Shown in pieces: positions 52,392-64,000 of a stretch of 64,000 nt of DNA. The notes under the pieces were generated by a model that was not told the origin of the DNA, did no database searches, and saw nothing but the letters and a program-made list of their open reading frames with translations. How positions within the stretch are numbered: position 1 is the first letter of the stretch; every line of letters begins with the position of its first letter. Source of the DNA: Auanema rhodensis (Eukaryota > Animalia > Nematoda); contig OZ059895.1 of NCBI GenBank assembly GCA_964057225.1, forward strand, positions 372,001-436,000, given 5' to 3'. Position numbers and translations under genes: made by a program.

Positions 52392-55300
52392 AAACGATCA
52401 TAACTAATTTTTGTATTAAGCGTTTCTCAATGTAGTATAGTGCATTCGATGCGGATTTTTAAGCTGCGTCGATCTGTGTTATCAGATTTGCGCTAGCTTA
52501 AAAATGCACCGAGATATCAACTGATATAAGTTCACACTTATATCCTCGATTTTCACCCTGAAGAATTAATTTTTTCGTTGAATAACATTGTCCATCGTCC
52601 TTGCCTTGAAAAATGGAATCTAAAAACATCTACTTTTTGCTAAATTATTTTGAAATTTTTCGAAAAAATTTTTGTCAAAATGTTTTTGGAAGCAATGTTG
52701 AGTGTACATGGAAACTCAACATACACTAATGCATCATTTTTCAAACGATCATAACTAATTTTTGTATTAAGCGTTTCTCAATGTAGTATAGTGCATTCGA
52801 TGCGGATTTTTAAGCTGCGTCGATCTGTGTTATCAGATTTGCGCTAGCTTAAAAATGCACCGAGATATCAACTGATATAAGTTCACACTTATATCCTCGA
52901 TTTTCACCCTGAAGAATTAATTTTTTCGTTGAATAACATTGTCCATTGTCTTTGCCTTGAAAAAAGGAATCTAAAAACTTCTACTTTTTGCTAAATTATT
53001 TTGAAATTTTTCGAAAAAATTTTTGTCAAAATGTTTTTGGAAGCAATGTTGAGTGTACATGGAAACTCAACATACACTAATGCATCATTTTTCAAACGAT
53101 CATAACTAATTTGTGTATTAAGCGTTTCTCAATGTAGTATAGTGCATTCGATGCGGATTTTTAAGCTGCGTCGATCTGTGTTATCAGATTTGCGCTAGCT
53201 TAAAAATGCACCGAGATATCAACTGATATAAGTTCACACTTATATCCTCGATTTTCACCCTGAAGAATTAATTTTTTCGTTGAATAACATTGTCCATTGT
53301 CTTTGCCTTGAAAAAAGGAATCTAAAAACTTCTACTTTTTGCTAAATTATTTTGAAATTTTTCGAAAAAATTTTTGTCAAAATGTTTTTGGAAGCAATGT
53401 TGAGTGTACATGGAAACTCAACATACACTAATGCATCATTTTTCAAACGATCATAACTAATTTTTGTATTAAGCGTTTCTCAATGTAGTATAGTGCATTC
53501 GATGCGGATTTTTAAGCTGCGTCGATCTGTGTTATCAGATTTGCGCTAGCTTAAAAATGCACCGAGATATCAACTGATATAAGTTCACACTTATATCCTC
53601 AATTTTCACCCTGAAGAATTAATTTTTTCGTTGAATAACATTGTCCATCGTCTTTGCCTTGAAAAATGGAATCTAAAAACATCTACTTTTTGCTAAATTA
53701 TTTTGAAATTTTTCGAAAAAATTTTTGTCAAAATGTTTTTGGAAGCAATGTTGAGTGTACATGGAAACTCAACATACACTAATGCATCATTTTTCAAACG
53801 ATCATGACTAATTTTTGTATTAAGCGTTTCTCAATGTAGTATAGTGCATTCGATGCGGATTTTTAAGCTGCGTCGATCTGTGTTATCAGATTTGCGCTAG
53901 CTTAAAAATGCACCGAGATATCAACTGATATAAGTTCACACTTATATCCTCGATTTTCACCCTGAAGAATTAATTTTTTCGTTGAATAACATTGTCCATC
54001 GTCTTTGCCTTGAAAAATGGAATCTAAAAACATCTACTTTTTGCTAAATTATTTTGAAATTTTTCGAAAAAATTTTTGTCAAAATGTTTTTGGAAGCAAT
54101 GTTGAGTGTACATGGAAACTCAACATACACTAATGCATCATTTTTCAAACGATCATAACTAATTTTTGTATCAAGCGTTTCTCAATGTAGTATAGTGCAT
54201 TTGATGCGAATTTTTAAGCTGCGTCGATCTGTGTTATCAGATTTGCGCTAGCTTAAAAATGCACCGAGATATCAACTGATATAAGTTCACACTTATATCC
54301 TCGATTTTCACCCTGAAGAATTAATTTTTTCGTTGAATAACATTGTCCATCGTCTTTGCCTTGAAAAATGGAATCTAAAAACATCTACTTTTTGCTAAAT
54401 TATTTTGAAATTTTTCGAAAAAATTTTTGTCAAAATGTTTTTGGAAGCAATGTTGAGTGTACATGGAAACTCAACATACACTAATGCATCATTTTTCAAA
54501 CGATCATAACTAATTTGTGTATTAAGCGTTTCTCAATGTAGTATAGTGCATTCGATGCGGATTTTTAAGCTGCGTCGATCTGTGTTATCAGATTTGCGCT
54601 AGCTTAAAAATGCACCGAGATATCAACTGATATAAGTTCACACTTATATCCTCGATTTTCACCCTGAAGAATTAATTTTTTCGTTTAATAACATTGTCCA
54701 TCGTCTTTGCCTTGAAAAATGGAATCTAAAAACATCTACTTTTTGCTAAATTATTTTGAAATTTTTCGAAAAAATTTTTGTCAAAATGTTTTTGGAAGCA
54801 ATGTTGAGTGTACATGGAAACTCAACATACACTAATGCATCATTTTTCAAACGATCATAACTAATTTGTGTATTAAGCGTTTCTCAATGTAGTATAGTGC
54901 ATTCGATGCGGATTTTTAAGCTGCGTCGATCTGTGTTATCAGATTTGCGCTAGCTTAAAAATGCACCGAGATATCAACTGATATAAGTTCACACTTATAT
55001 CCTCAATTTTCACCCTGAAGAATTAATTTTTTCGTTGAATAACATTGTCCATTGTCTTTGCCTTGAAAAAAGAAATCTAAAAACTTCTACTTTTTGCTAA
55101 ATTATTTTGAAATTTTTCGAAAAAATTTTTGTCAAAATGTTTTTGGAAGCAATGTTGAGTGTACATGGAAACTCAACATACACTAATGCATCATTTTTCA
55201 AACGATCATAACTAATTTGTGTATTAAGCGTTTCTCAATGTAGTATAGTGCATTCGATGCGGATTTTTAAGCTGCGTCGATCTGTGTTATCAGATTTGCG

Positions 55301-58300
55301 CTAGCTTAAAAATGCACCGAGATATCAACTGATATAAGTTCACACTTATATCCTCGATTTTCACCCTGAAGAATTAATTTTTTCGTTGAATAACATTGTC
55401 CATTGTCTTTGCCTTGAAAAAAGAAATCTAAAAACTTCTACTTTTTGCTAAATTATTTTGAAATTTTTCGAAAAAATTTTTGTCAAAATGTTTTTGGAAG
55501 CAATGTTGAGTGTACATGGAAACTCAACATACACTAATGCATCATTTTTCAAACGATCATAACTAATTTTTGTATCACGCGTTTCTCAATGTAGTATAGT
55601 GCATTCGATGCGAATTTTTAAGCTGCGTCGATCTGTGTTATCAGATTTGCGCTAGCTTAAAAATGCACCGAGATATCAACTGATATAAGTTCACACTTAT
55701 ATCCTCGATTTTCACCCTGAAGAATTAATTTTTTCGTTGAATAACATTGTCCATCGTCTTTGCCTTGAAAAATGGAATCTAAAAACATCTACTTTTTGCT
55801 AAATTATTTTGAAATTTTTCGAAAAAATTTTTGTCAAAATGTTTTTGGAAGCAATGTTGAGTGTACATGGAAACTCAACATACACTAATGCATCATTTTT
55901 CAAACGATTATAACTAATTTTTGTATTAAGCGTTTCTCAATGTAGTATAGTGCATTCGATGCGGATTTTTAAGCTGCGTCGATCTGTGTTATCAGATTTG
56001 CGCTAGCTTAAAAATGCACCGAGATATCAACTGATATAAGTTCACACTTATATCCTCGATTTTCACCCTGAAGAATTAATTTTTTCGTTGAATAACATTG
56101 TCCATCGTCCTTGCCTTGAAAAATGGAATCTAAAAACATCTACTTTTTGCTAAATTATTTTGAAATTTTTCGAAAAAATTTTTGTCAAAATGTTTTTGGA
56201 AGCAATGTTGAGTGTACATGGAAACTCAACATACACTAATGCATCATTTTTCAAACGATCATAACTAATTTTTGTATTAAGCGTTTCTCAATGTAGTATA
56301 GTGCATTCGATGCGGATTTTTAAGCTGCGTCGATCTGTGTTATCAGATTTGCGCTAGCTTAAAAATGCACCGAGATATCAACTGATATAAGTTCACACTT
56401 ATATCCTCGATTTTCACCCTGAAGAATTAATTTTTTCGTTGAATAACATTGTCCATTGTCTTTGCCTTGAAAAAAGGAATCTAAAAACTTCTACTTTTTG
56501 CTAAATTATTTTGAAATTTTTCGAAAAAATTTTTGTCAAAATGTTTTTGGAAGCAATGTTGAGTGTACATGGAAACTCAACATACACTAATGCATCATTT
56601 TTCAAACGATCATAACTAATTTGTGTATTAAGCGTTTCTCAATGTAGTATAGTGCATTCGATGCGGATTTTTAAGCTGCGTCGATCTGTGTTATCAGATT
56701 TGCGCTAGCTTAAAAATGCACCGAGATATCAACTGATATAAGTTCACACTTATATCCTCGATTTTCACCCTGAAGAATTAATTTTTTCGTTGAATAACAT
56801 TGTCCATTGTCTTTGCCTTGAAAAAAGGAATCTAAAAACTTCTACTTTTTGCTAAATTATTTTGAAATTTTTCGAAAAAATTTTTGTCAAAATGTTTTTG
56901 GAAGCAATGTTGAGTGTACATGGAAACTCAACATACACTAATGCATCATTTTTCAAACGATCATAACTAATTTTTGTATTAAGCGTTTCTCAATGTAGTA
57001 TAGTGCATTCGATGCGGATTTTTAAGCTGCGTCGATCTGTGTTATCAGATTTGCGCTAGCTTAAAAATGCACCGAGATATCAACTGATATAAGTTCACAC
57101 TTATATCCTCAATTTTCACCCTGAAGAATTAATTTTTTCGTTGAATAACATTGTCCATCGTCTTTGCCTTGAAAAATGGAATCTAAAAACATCTACTTTT
57201 TGCTAAATTATTTTGAAATTTTTCGAAAAAATTTTTGTCAAAATGTTTTTGGAAGCAATGTTGAGTGTACATGGAAACTCAACATACACTAATGCATCAT
57301 TTTTCAAACGATCATGACTAATTTTTGTATTAAGCGTTTCTCAATGTAGTATAGTGCATTCGATGCGGATTTTTAAGCTGCGTCGATCTGTGTTATCAGA
57401 TTTGCGCTAGCTTAAAAATGCACCGAGATATCAACTGATATAAGTTCACACTTATATCCTCGATTTTCACCCTGAAGAATTAATTTTTTCGTTGAATAAC
57501 ATTGTCCATCGTCTTTGCCTTGAAAAATGGAATCTAAAAACATCTACTTTTTGCTAAATTATTTTGAAATTTTTCGAAAAAATTTTTGTCAAAATGTTTT
57601 TGGAAGCAATGTTGAGTGTACATGGAAACTCAACATACACTAATGCATCATTTTTCAAACGATCATAACTAATTTTTGTATCAAGCGTTTCTCAATGTAG
57701 TATAGTGCATTTGATGCGAATTTTTAAGCTGCGTCGATCTGTGTTATCAGATTTGCGCTAGCTTAAAAATGCACCGAGATATCAACTGATATAAGTTCAC
57801 ACTTATATCCTCGATTTTCACCCTGAAGAATTAATTTTTTCGTTGAATAACATTGTCCATCGTCTTTGCCTTGAAAAATGGAATCTAAAAACATCTACTT
57901 TTTGCTAAATTATTTTGAAATTTTTCGAAAAAATTTTTGTCAAAATGTTTTTGGAAGCAATGTTGAGTGTACATGGAAACTCAACATACACTAATGCATC
58001 ATTTTTCAAACGATCATAACTAATTTGTGTATTAAGCGTTTCTCAATGTAGTATAGTGCATTCGATGCGGATTTTTAAGCTGCGTCGATCTGTGTTATCA
58101 GATTTGCGCTAGCTTAAAAATGCACCGAGATATCAACTGATATAAGTTCACACTTATATCCTCGATTTTCACCCTGAAGAATTAATTTTTTCGTTTAATA
58201 ACATTGTCCATCGTCTTTGCCTTGAAAAATGGAATCTAAAAACATCTACTTTTTGCTAAATTATTTTGAAATTTTTCGAAAAAATTTTTGTCAAAATGTT

Positions 58301-59411
58301 TTTGGAAGCAATGTTGAGTGTACATGGAAACTCAACATACACTAATGCATCATTTTTCAAACGATCATAACTAATTTGTGTATTAAGCGTTTCTCAATGT
58401 AGTATAGTGCATTCGATGCGGATTTTTAAGCTGCGTCGATCTGTGTTATCAGATTTGCGCTAGCTTAAAAATGCACCGAGATATCAACTGATATAAGTTC
58501 ACACTTATATCCTCAATTTTCACCCTGAAGAATTAATTTTTTCGTTGAATAACATTGTCCATTGTCTTTGCCTTGAAAAAAGAAATCTAAAAACTTCTAC
58601 TTTTTGCTAAATTATTTTGAAATTTTTCGAAAAAATTTTTGTCAAAATGTTTTTGGAAGCAATGTTGAGTGTACATGGAAACTCAACATACACTAATGCA
58701 TCATTTTTCAAACGATCATAACTAATTTGTGTATTAAGCGTTTCTCAATGTAGTATAGTGCATTCGATGCGGATTTTTAAGCTGCGTCGATCTGTGTTAT
58801 CAGATTTGCGCTAGCTTAAAAATGCACCGAGATATCAACTGATATAAGTTCACACTTATATCCTCGATTTTCACCCTGAAGAATTAATTTTTTCGTTGAA
58901 TAACATTGTCCATTGTCTTTGCCTTGAAAAAAGAAATCTAAAAACTTCTACTTTTTGCTAAATTATTTTGAAATTTTTCGAAAAAATTTTTGTCAAAATG
59001 TTTTTGGAAGCAATGTTGAGTGTACATGGAAACTCAACATACACTAATGCATCATTTTTCAAACGATCATAACTAATTTTTGTATCACGCGTTTCTCAAT
59101 GTAGTATAGTGCATTCGATGCGAATTTTTAAGCTGCGTCGATCTGTGTTATCAGATTTGCGCTAGCTTAAAAATGCACCGAGATATCAACTGATATAAGT
59201 TCACACTTATATCCTCGATTTTCACCCTGAAGAATTAATTTTTTCGTTGAATAACATTGTCCATCGTCTTTGCCTTGAAAAATGGAATCTAAAAACATCT
59301 ACTTTTTGCTAAATTATTTTGAAATTTTTCGAAAAAATTTTTGTCAAAATGTTTTTGGAAGCAATGTTGAGTGTACATGGAAACTCAACATACACTAATG
59401 CATCATTTTTC
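52392..59411. repeat. 10-monomer HOR x2 (3510-bp period), near-identical copies
   Basis: CATGAC (53796/57306), TTGATGCGAA (54147/57657), CGTTTAATA (54498/58008), AGAAATCT (54849, 55200/58359, 58710), TATCACGC (55551/59061). Confidence 0.93.
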
Positions 59412-60113
59412 AAACGATCATAACTAATTTGTGTATCAAGCGTTTCTCAATGTAGTATAGTGCATTCGATGCGGATTTTTAAGCTGCGTCGATCTGTGTT
59501 ATCAGATTTGCGCTAGCTTAAAAATGCACCGAGATATCAACTGATATAAGTTCACACTTATATCCTCGATTTTCACCCTGAAGAATTAATTTTTTCGTTG
59601 AATAACATTGTCCATCGTCTTTGCCTTGAAAAATGGAATCTAAAAACATCTACTTTTTGCTAAATTATTTTGAAATTTTTCGAAAAAATTTTTGTCAAAA
59701 TGTTTTTGGAAGCAATGTTGAGTGTACATGGAAACTCAACATACACTAATGCATCATTTTTCAAACGATCATAACTAATTTGTGTATTAAGCGTTTCTCA
59801 ATGTAGTATAGTGCATTCGATGCGGATTTTTAAGCTGCGTCGATCTGTGTTATCAGATTTGCGCTAGCTTAAAAATGCACCGAGATATCAACTGATATAA
59901 GTTCACACTTATATCCTCGATTTTCACCCTGAAGAATTAATTTTTTCGTTGAATAACATTGTCCATTGTCTTTGCCTTGAAAAAAGGAATCTAAAAACTT
60001 CTACTTTTTGCTAAATTATTTTGAAATTTTTCGAAAAAATTTTTGTCAAAATGTTTTTGGAAGCAATGTTGAGTGTACATGGAAACTCAACATACACTAA
60101 TGCATCATTTTTC

Positions 60114-63100
60114 AAACGATCATAACTAATTTTTGTATTAAGCGTTTCTCAATGTAGTATAGTGCATTCGATGCGGATTTTTAAGCTGCGTCGATCTGTG
60201 TTATCAGATTTGCGCTAGCTTAAAAATGCACCGAGATATCAACTGATATAAGTTCACACTTATATCCTCGATTTTCACCCTGAAGAATTAATTTTTTCGT
60301 TGAATAACATTGTCCATCGTCTTTGCCTTGAAAAATGGAATCTAAAAACATCTACTTTTTGCTAAATTATTTTGAAATTTTTCGAAAAAATTTTTGTCAA
60401 AATGTTTTTGGAAGCAATGTTGAGTGTACATGGAAACTCAACATACACTAATGCATCATTTTTCAAACGATCATAACTAATTTTTGTATCAAGCGTTTCT
60501 CAATGTAGTATAGTGCATTCGATGCGAATTTTTAAGCTGCGTCGATCTGTGTTATCAGATTTGCGCTAGCTTAAAAATGCACCGAGATATCAACTGATAT
60601 AAGTTCACACTTATATCCTCGATTTTCACCCTGAAGAATTAATTTTTTCGTTGAATAACATTGTCTATCGGCTTTGCCTTGAAAAATGGAATCTAAAAAC
60701 ATCTACTTTTCGCTAAATTATTTTGAAATTTTTCGAAAAAATTTTTGTCAAAATGTTTTTGGAAGCAATGTTGAGTGTACATGGAAACTCAACATACACT
60801 AATGCATCATTTTTCAAACGATCATAACTAATTTTTGTATCAAGCGTTTCTCAATGTAGTATAGTGCATTCGATGCGGATTTTTAAGCTGCGTCGATCTG
60901 TGTTATCAGATTTGCGCTAGCTTAAAAATGCACCGAGATATCAACTGATATAAGTTCACACTTATATCCTCGATTTTCACCCTGAAGAATTAATTTTTTC
61001 GTTGAATAACATTGTCCATTGTCTTTGCCTTGAAAAAAGGAATCTAAAAACATCTACTTTTTGCTAAATTATTTTGAAATTTTTCGAAAAAATTTTTGTC
61101 AAAATGTTTTTGGAAGCAATGTTGAGTGTACATGGAAACTCAACATACACTAATGCATCATTTTTCAAACGATCATAACTAATTTTTGTATTAAGCGTTT
61201 CTAAATGTAGTATAGTGCATTCGATGCGGATTTTTAAGCTGCGTCGATCTGTGTTATCAGATTTGCGCTAGCTTAAAAATGCACCGAGATATCAACTGAT
61301 ATAAGTTCACACTTATATCCTCAATTTTCACCCTGAAGAATTAATTTTTTCGTTGAATAACATTGTCCATCGTCTTTGCCTTGAAAAATGGAATCTAAAA
61401 ACATCTACTTTTTGCTAAATTATTTTGAAATTTTTCGAAAAAATTTTTGTCAAAATGTTTTTGGAAGCAATGTTGAGTGTACATGGAAACTCAACATACA
61501 CTAATGCATCATTTTTCAAACGATCATGACTAATTTTTGTATTAAGCGTTTCTCAATGTAGTATAGTGCATTCGATGCGGATTTTTAAGCTGCGTCGATC
61601 TGTGTTATCAGATTTGCGCTAGCTTAAAAATGCACCGAGATATCAACTGATATAAGTTCACACATATATCCTCGATTTTCACCCTGAAGAATTAATTTTT
61701 TCGTTGAATAACATTGTCCATCGTCTTCGCCTTGAAAAATGGAATCTAAAAACATCTACTTTTTGCTAAATTATTTTGAAATTTTTCGAAAAAATTTTTG
61801 TCAAAATGTTTTTGGAAGCAATGTTGAGTGTACATGGAAACTCAACATACACTAATGCATCATTTTTCAAACGATCATAACTAATTTTTGTATTAAGCGT
61901 TTCTCAATGTAGTATAGTGCATTCGATGCGGATTTTTAAGCTGCGTCGATCTGTGTTATCAGATTTGCGCTAGCTTAAAAATGCACCGAGATATCAACTG
62001 ATATAAGTTCACACTTATATCCTCGATTTTCACCCTGAAGAATTAATTTTTTCGTTGAATAACATTGTCCATCGTCTTTGCCTTGAAAAATGGAATCTAA
62101 AAACATCTACTTTTTGCTAAATTATTTTGAAATTTTTCGAAAAAATTTTTGTCAAAATGTTTTTGGAAGCAATGTTGAGTGTACATGGAAACTCAACATA
62201 CACTAATGCATCATTTTTCAAACGATCATAACTAATTTTTGTATCAAGCGTTTCTCAATGTAGTATAGTGCATTCGATGCGAATTTTTAAGCTGCGTCGA
62301 TCTGTGTTATCAGATTTGCGCTAGCTTAAAAATGCACCGAGATATCAACTGATATAAGTTCACACTTATATCCTCGATTTTCACCCTGAAGAATTAATTT
62401 TTTCGTTGAATAACATTGTCTATCGGCTTTGCCTTGAAAAATGGAATCTAAAAACATCTACTTTTCGCTAAATTATTTTGAAATTTTTCGAAAAAATTTT
62501 TGTCAAAATGTTTTTGGAAGCAATGTTGAGTGTACATGGAAACTCAACATACACTAATGCATCATTTTTCAAACGATCATAACTAATTTTTGTATCAAGC
62601 GTTTCTCAATGTAGTATAGTGCATTCGATGCGGATTTTTAAGCTGCGTCGATCTGTGTTATCAGATTTGCGCTAGCTTAAAAATGCACCGAGATATCAAC
62701 TGATATAAGTTCACACTTATATCCTCGATTTTCACCCTGAAGAATTAATTTTTTCGTTGAATAACATTGTCCATTGTCTTTGCCTTGAAAAAAGGAATCT
62801 AAAAACATCTACTTTTTGCTAAATTATTTTGAAATTTTTCGAAAAAATTTTTGTCAAAATGTTTTTGGAAGCAATGTTGAGTGTACATGGAAACTCAACA
62901 TACACTAATGCATCATTTTTCAAACGATCATAACTAATTTTTGTATTAAGCGTTTCTCAATGTAGTATAGTGCATTCGATGCGGATTTTTAAGCTGCGTC
63001 GATCTGTGTTATCAGATTTGCGCTAGCTTAAAAATGCACCGAGATATCAACTGATATAAGTTCACACTTATATCCTCAATTTTCACCCTGAAGAATTAAT

Positions 63101-63272
63101 TTTTTCGTTGAATAACATTGTCCATCGTCTTTGCCTTGAAAAATGGAATCTAAAAACATCTACTTTTTGCTAAATTATTTTGAAATTTTTCGAAAAAATT
63201 TTTGTCAAAATGTTTTTGGAAGCAATGTTGAGTGTACATGGAAACTCAACATACACTAATGCATCATTTTTC
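60114..63272. repeat. 5-monomer-period duplication (1755 bp)
   Basis: CTATCGG+TTCGCT monomer at 60465 and 62220; CCATTGT at 60816 and 62571; CCTCAA at 61167 and 62922. Confidence 0.88.
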
Positions 63273-64000
63273 AAACGATCATAACTAATTTTTGTATTAA
63301 GCGTTTCTCAATGTAGTATAGTGCATTCGATGCGGATTTTTAAGCTGCGTCGATCTGTGTTATCAGATTTGCGCTAGCTTAAAAATGCACCGAGATATCA
63401 ACTGATATAAGTTCACACTTATATCCTCAATTTTCACCCTGAAGAATTAATTTTTTCGTTGAATAACATTGTCCATCGTCTTTGCCTTGAAAAATGGAAT
63501 CTAAAAACATCTACTTTTTGCTAAATTATTTTGAAATTTTTCGAAAAAATTTTTGTCAAAATGTTTTTGGAAGCAATGTTGAGTGTACATGGAAACTCAA
63601 CATACACTAATGCATCATTTTTCAAACGATCATAACTAATTTTTGTATCAAGCGTTTCTCAATGTAGTATAGTGCATTCGATGCGGATTTTTAAGCTGCG
63701 TCGATCTGTGTTATCAGATTTGCGCTAGCTTAAAAATGCACCGAGATATCAACTGATATAAGTTCACACTTATATCCTCGATTTTCACCCTGAAGAATTA
63801 ATTTTTTCGTTGAATAACATTGTCCATTGTCTTTGCCTTGAAAAAAGGAATCTAAAAACATCTACTTTTTGCTAAATTATTTTGAAATTTTTCGAAAAAA
63901 TTTTTGTCAAAATGTTTTTGGAAGCAATGTTGAGTGTACATGGAAACTCAACATACACTAATGCATCATTTTTCAAACGATCATAACTAATTTTTGTATT

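Larger units (their letters stand above)
1..64000. repeat. Tandem satellite DNA array, 351-bp monomer, ~182 copies, extending past both window edges
   Basis: The anchor AAACGATCATAACTAATT recurs at 1, 352, 703, 1054 ... 63624, 63975. The arithmetic closes: 63974 = 182x351 + 85 (truncated unit) + 7 (ten +1 and three -1 homopolymer indels). No unique sequence or inversion was seen. Confidence 0.99.

Noticed and set aside
1-64000. CRISPR array or repeat-spacer system
   Set aside because: There are no unique spacers; the entire 351-bp unit repeats, and no cas genes are present.
1-64000. CpG hypermutability signalling methylation
   Set aside because: About 8 of 12 CpGs show a transition variant, but non-CpG C/G positions show transitions at a roughly similar rate by eye. 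A general GC-to-AT bias is sufficient.

Overview
The whole 64-kb window is one uninterrupted head-to-tail satellite DNA array, all in the same orientation. The monomer is 351 bp and AT-rich (about 31% GC by hand count). I count 182 full monomers (169 of 351 bp, 10 of 352 bp, 3 of 350 bp), one 85-bp truncated monomer at 3862-3946 and a 26-bp partial copy at the right edge. Monomers differ from the consensus by only a few substitutions. I see no credible gene, RNA gene, CRISPR array or transposon, and the one listed ORF is a chance product of a single SNP. I do not recognise the satellite family. A eukaryotic (peri)centromeric or heterochromatic origin, probably in an invertebrate, is an inference. 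There is structure at two scales. (1) The monomer is densely built from nested inverted repeats: a ~51-nt hairpin, two perfect 9-bp dyads, a TTTTTCGAAAAA palindrome and a long-range pair across the monomer junction. (2) Diagnostic SNPs reveal local higher-order repeats (HORs) of changing period (2, 3, 4, 5, 6, 7, 8, 9 and 10 monomers), chimeric monomers and a duplication-junction scar. All counts were made by eye and need computational confirmation.
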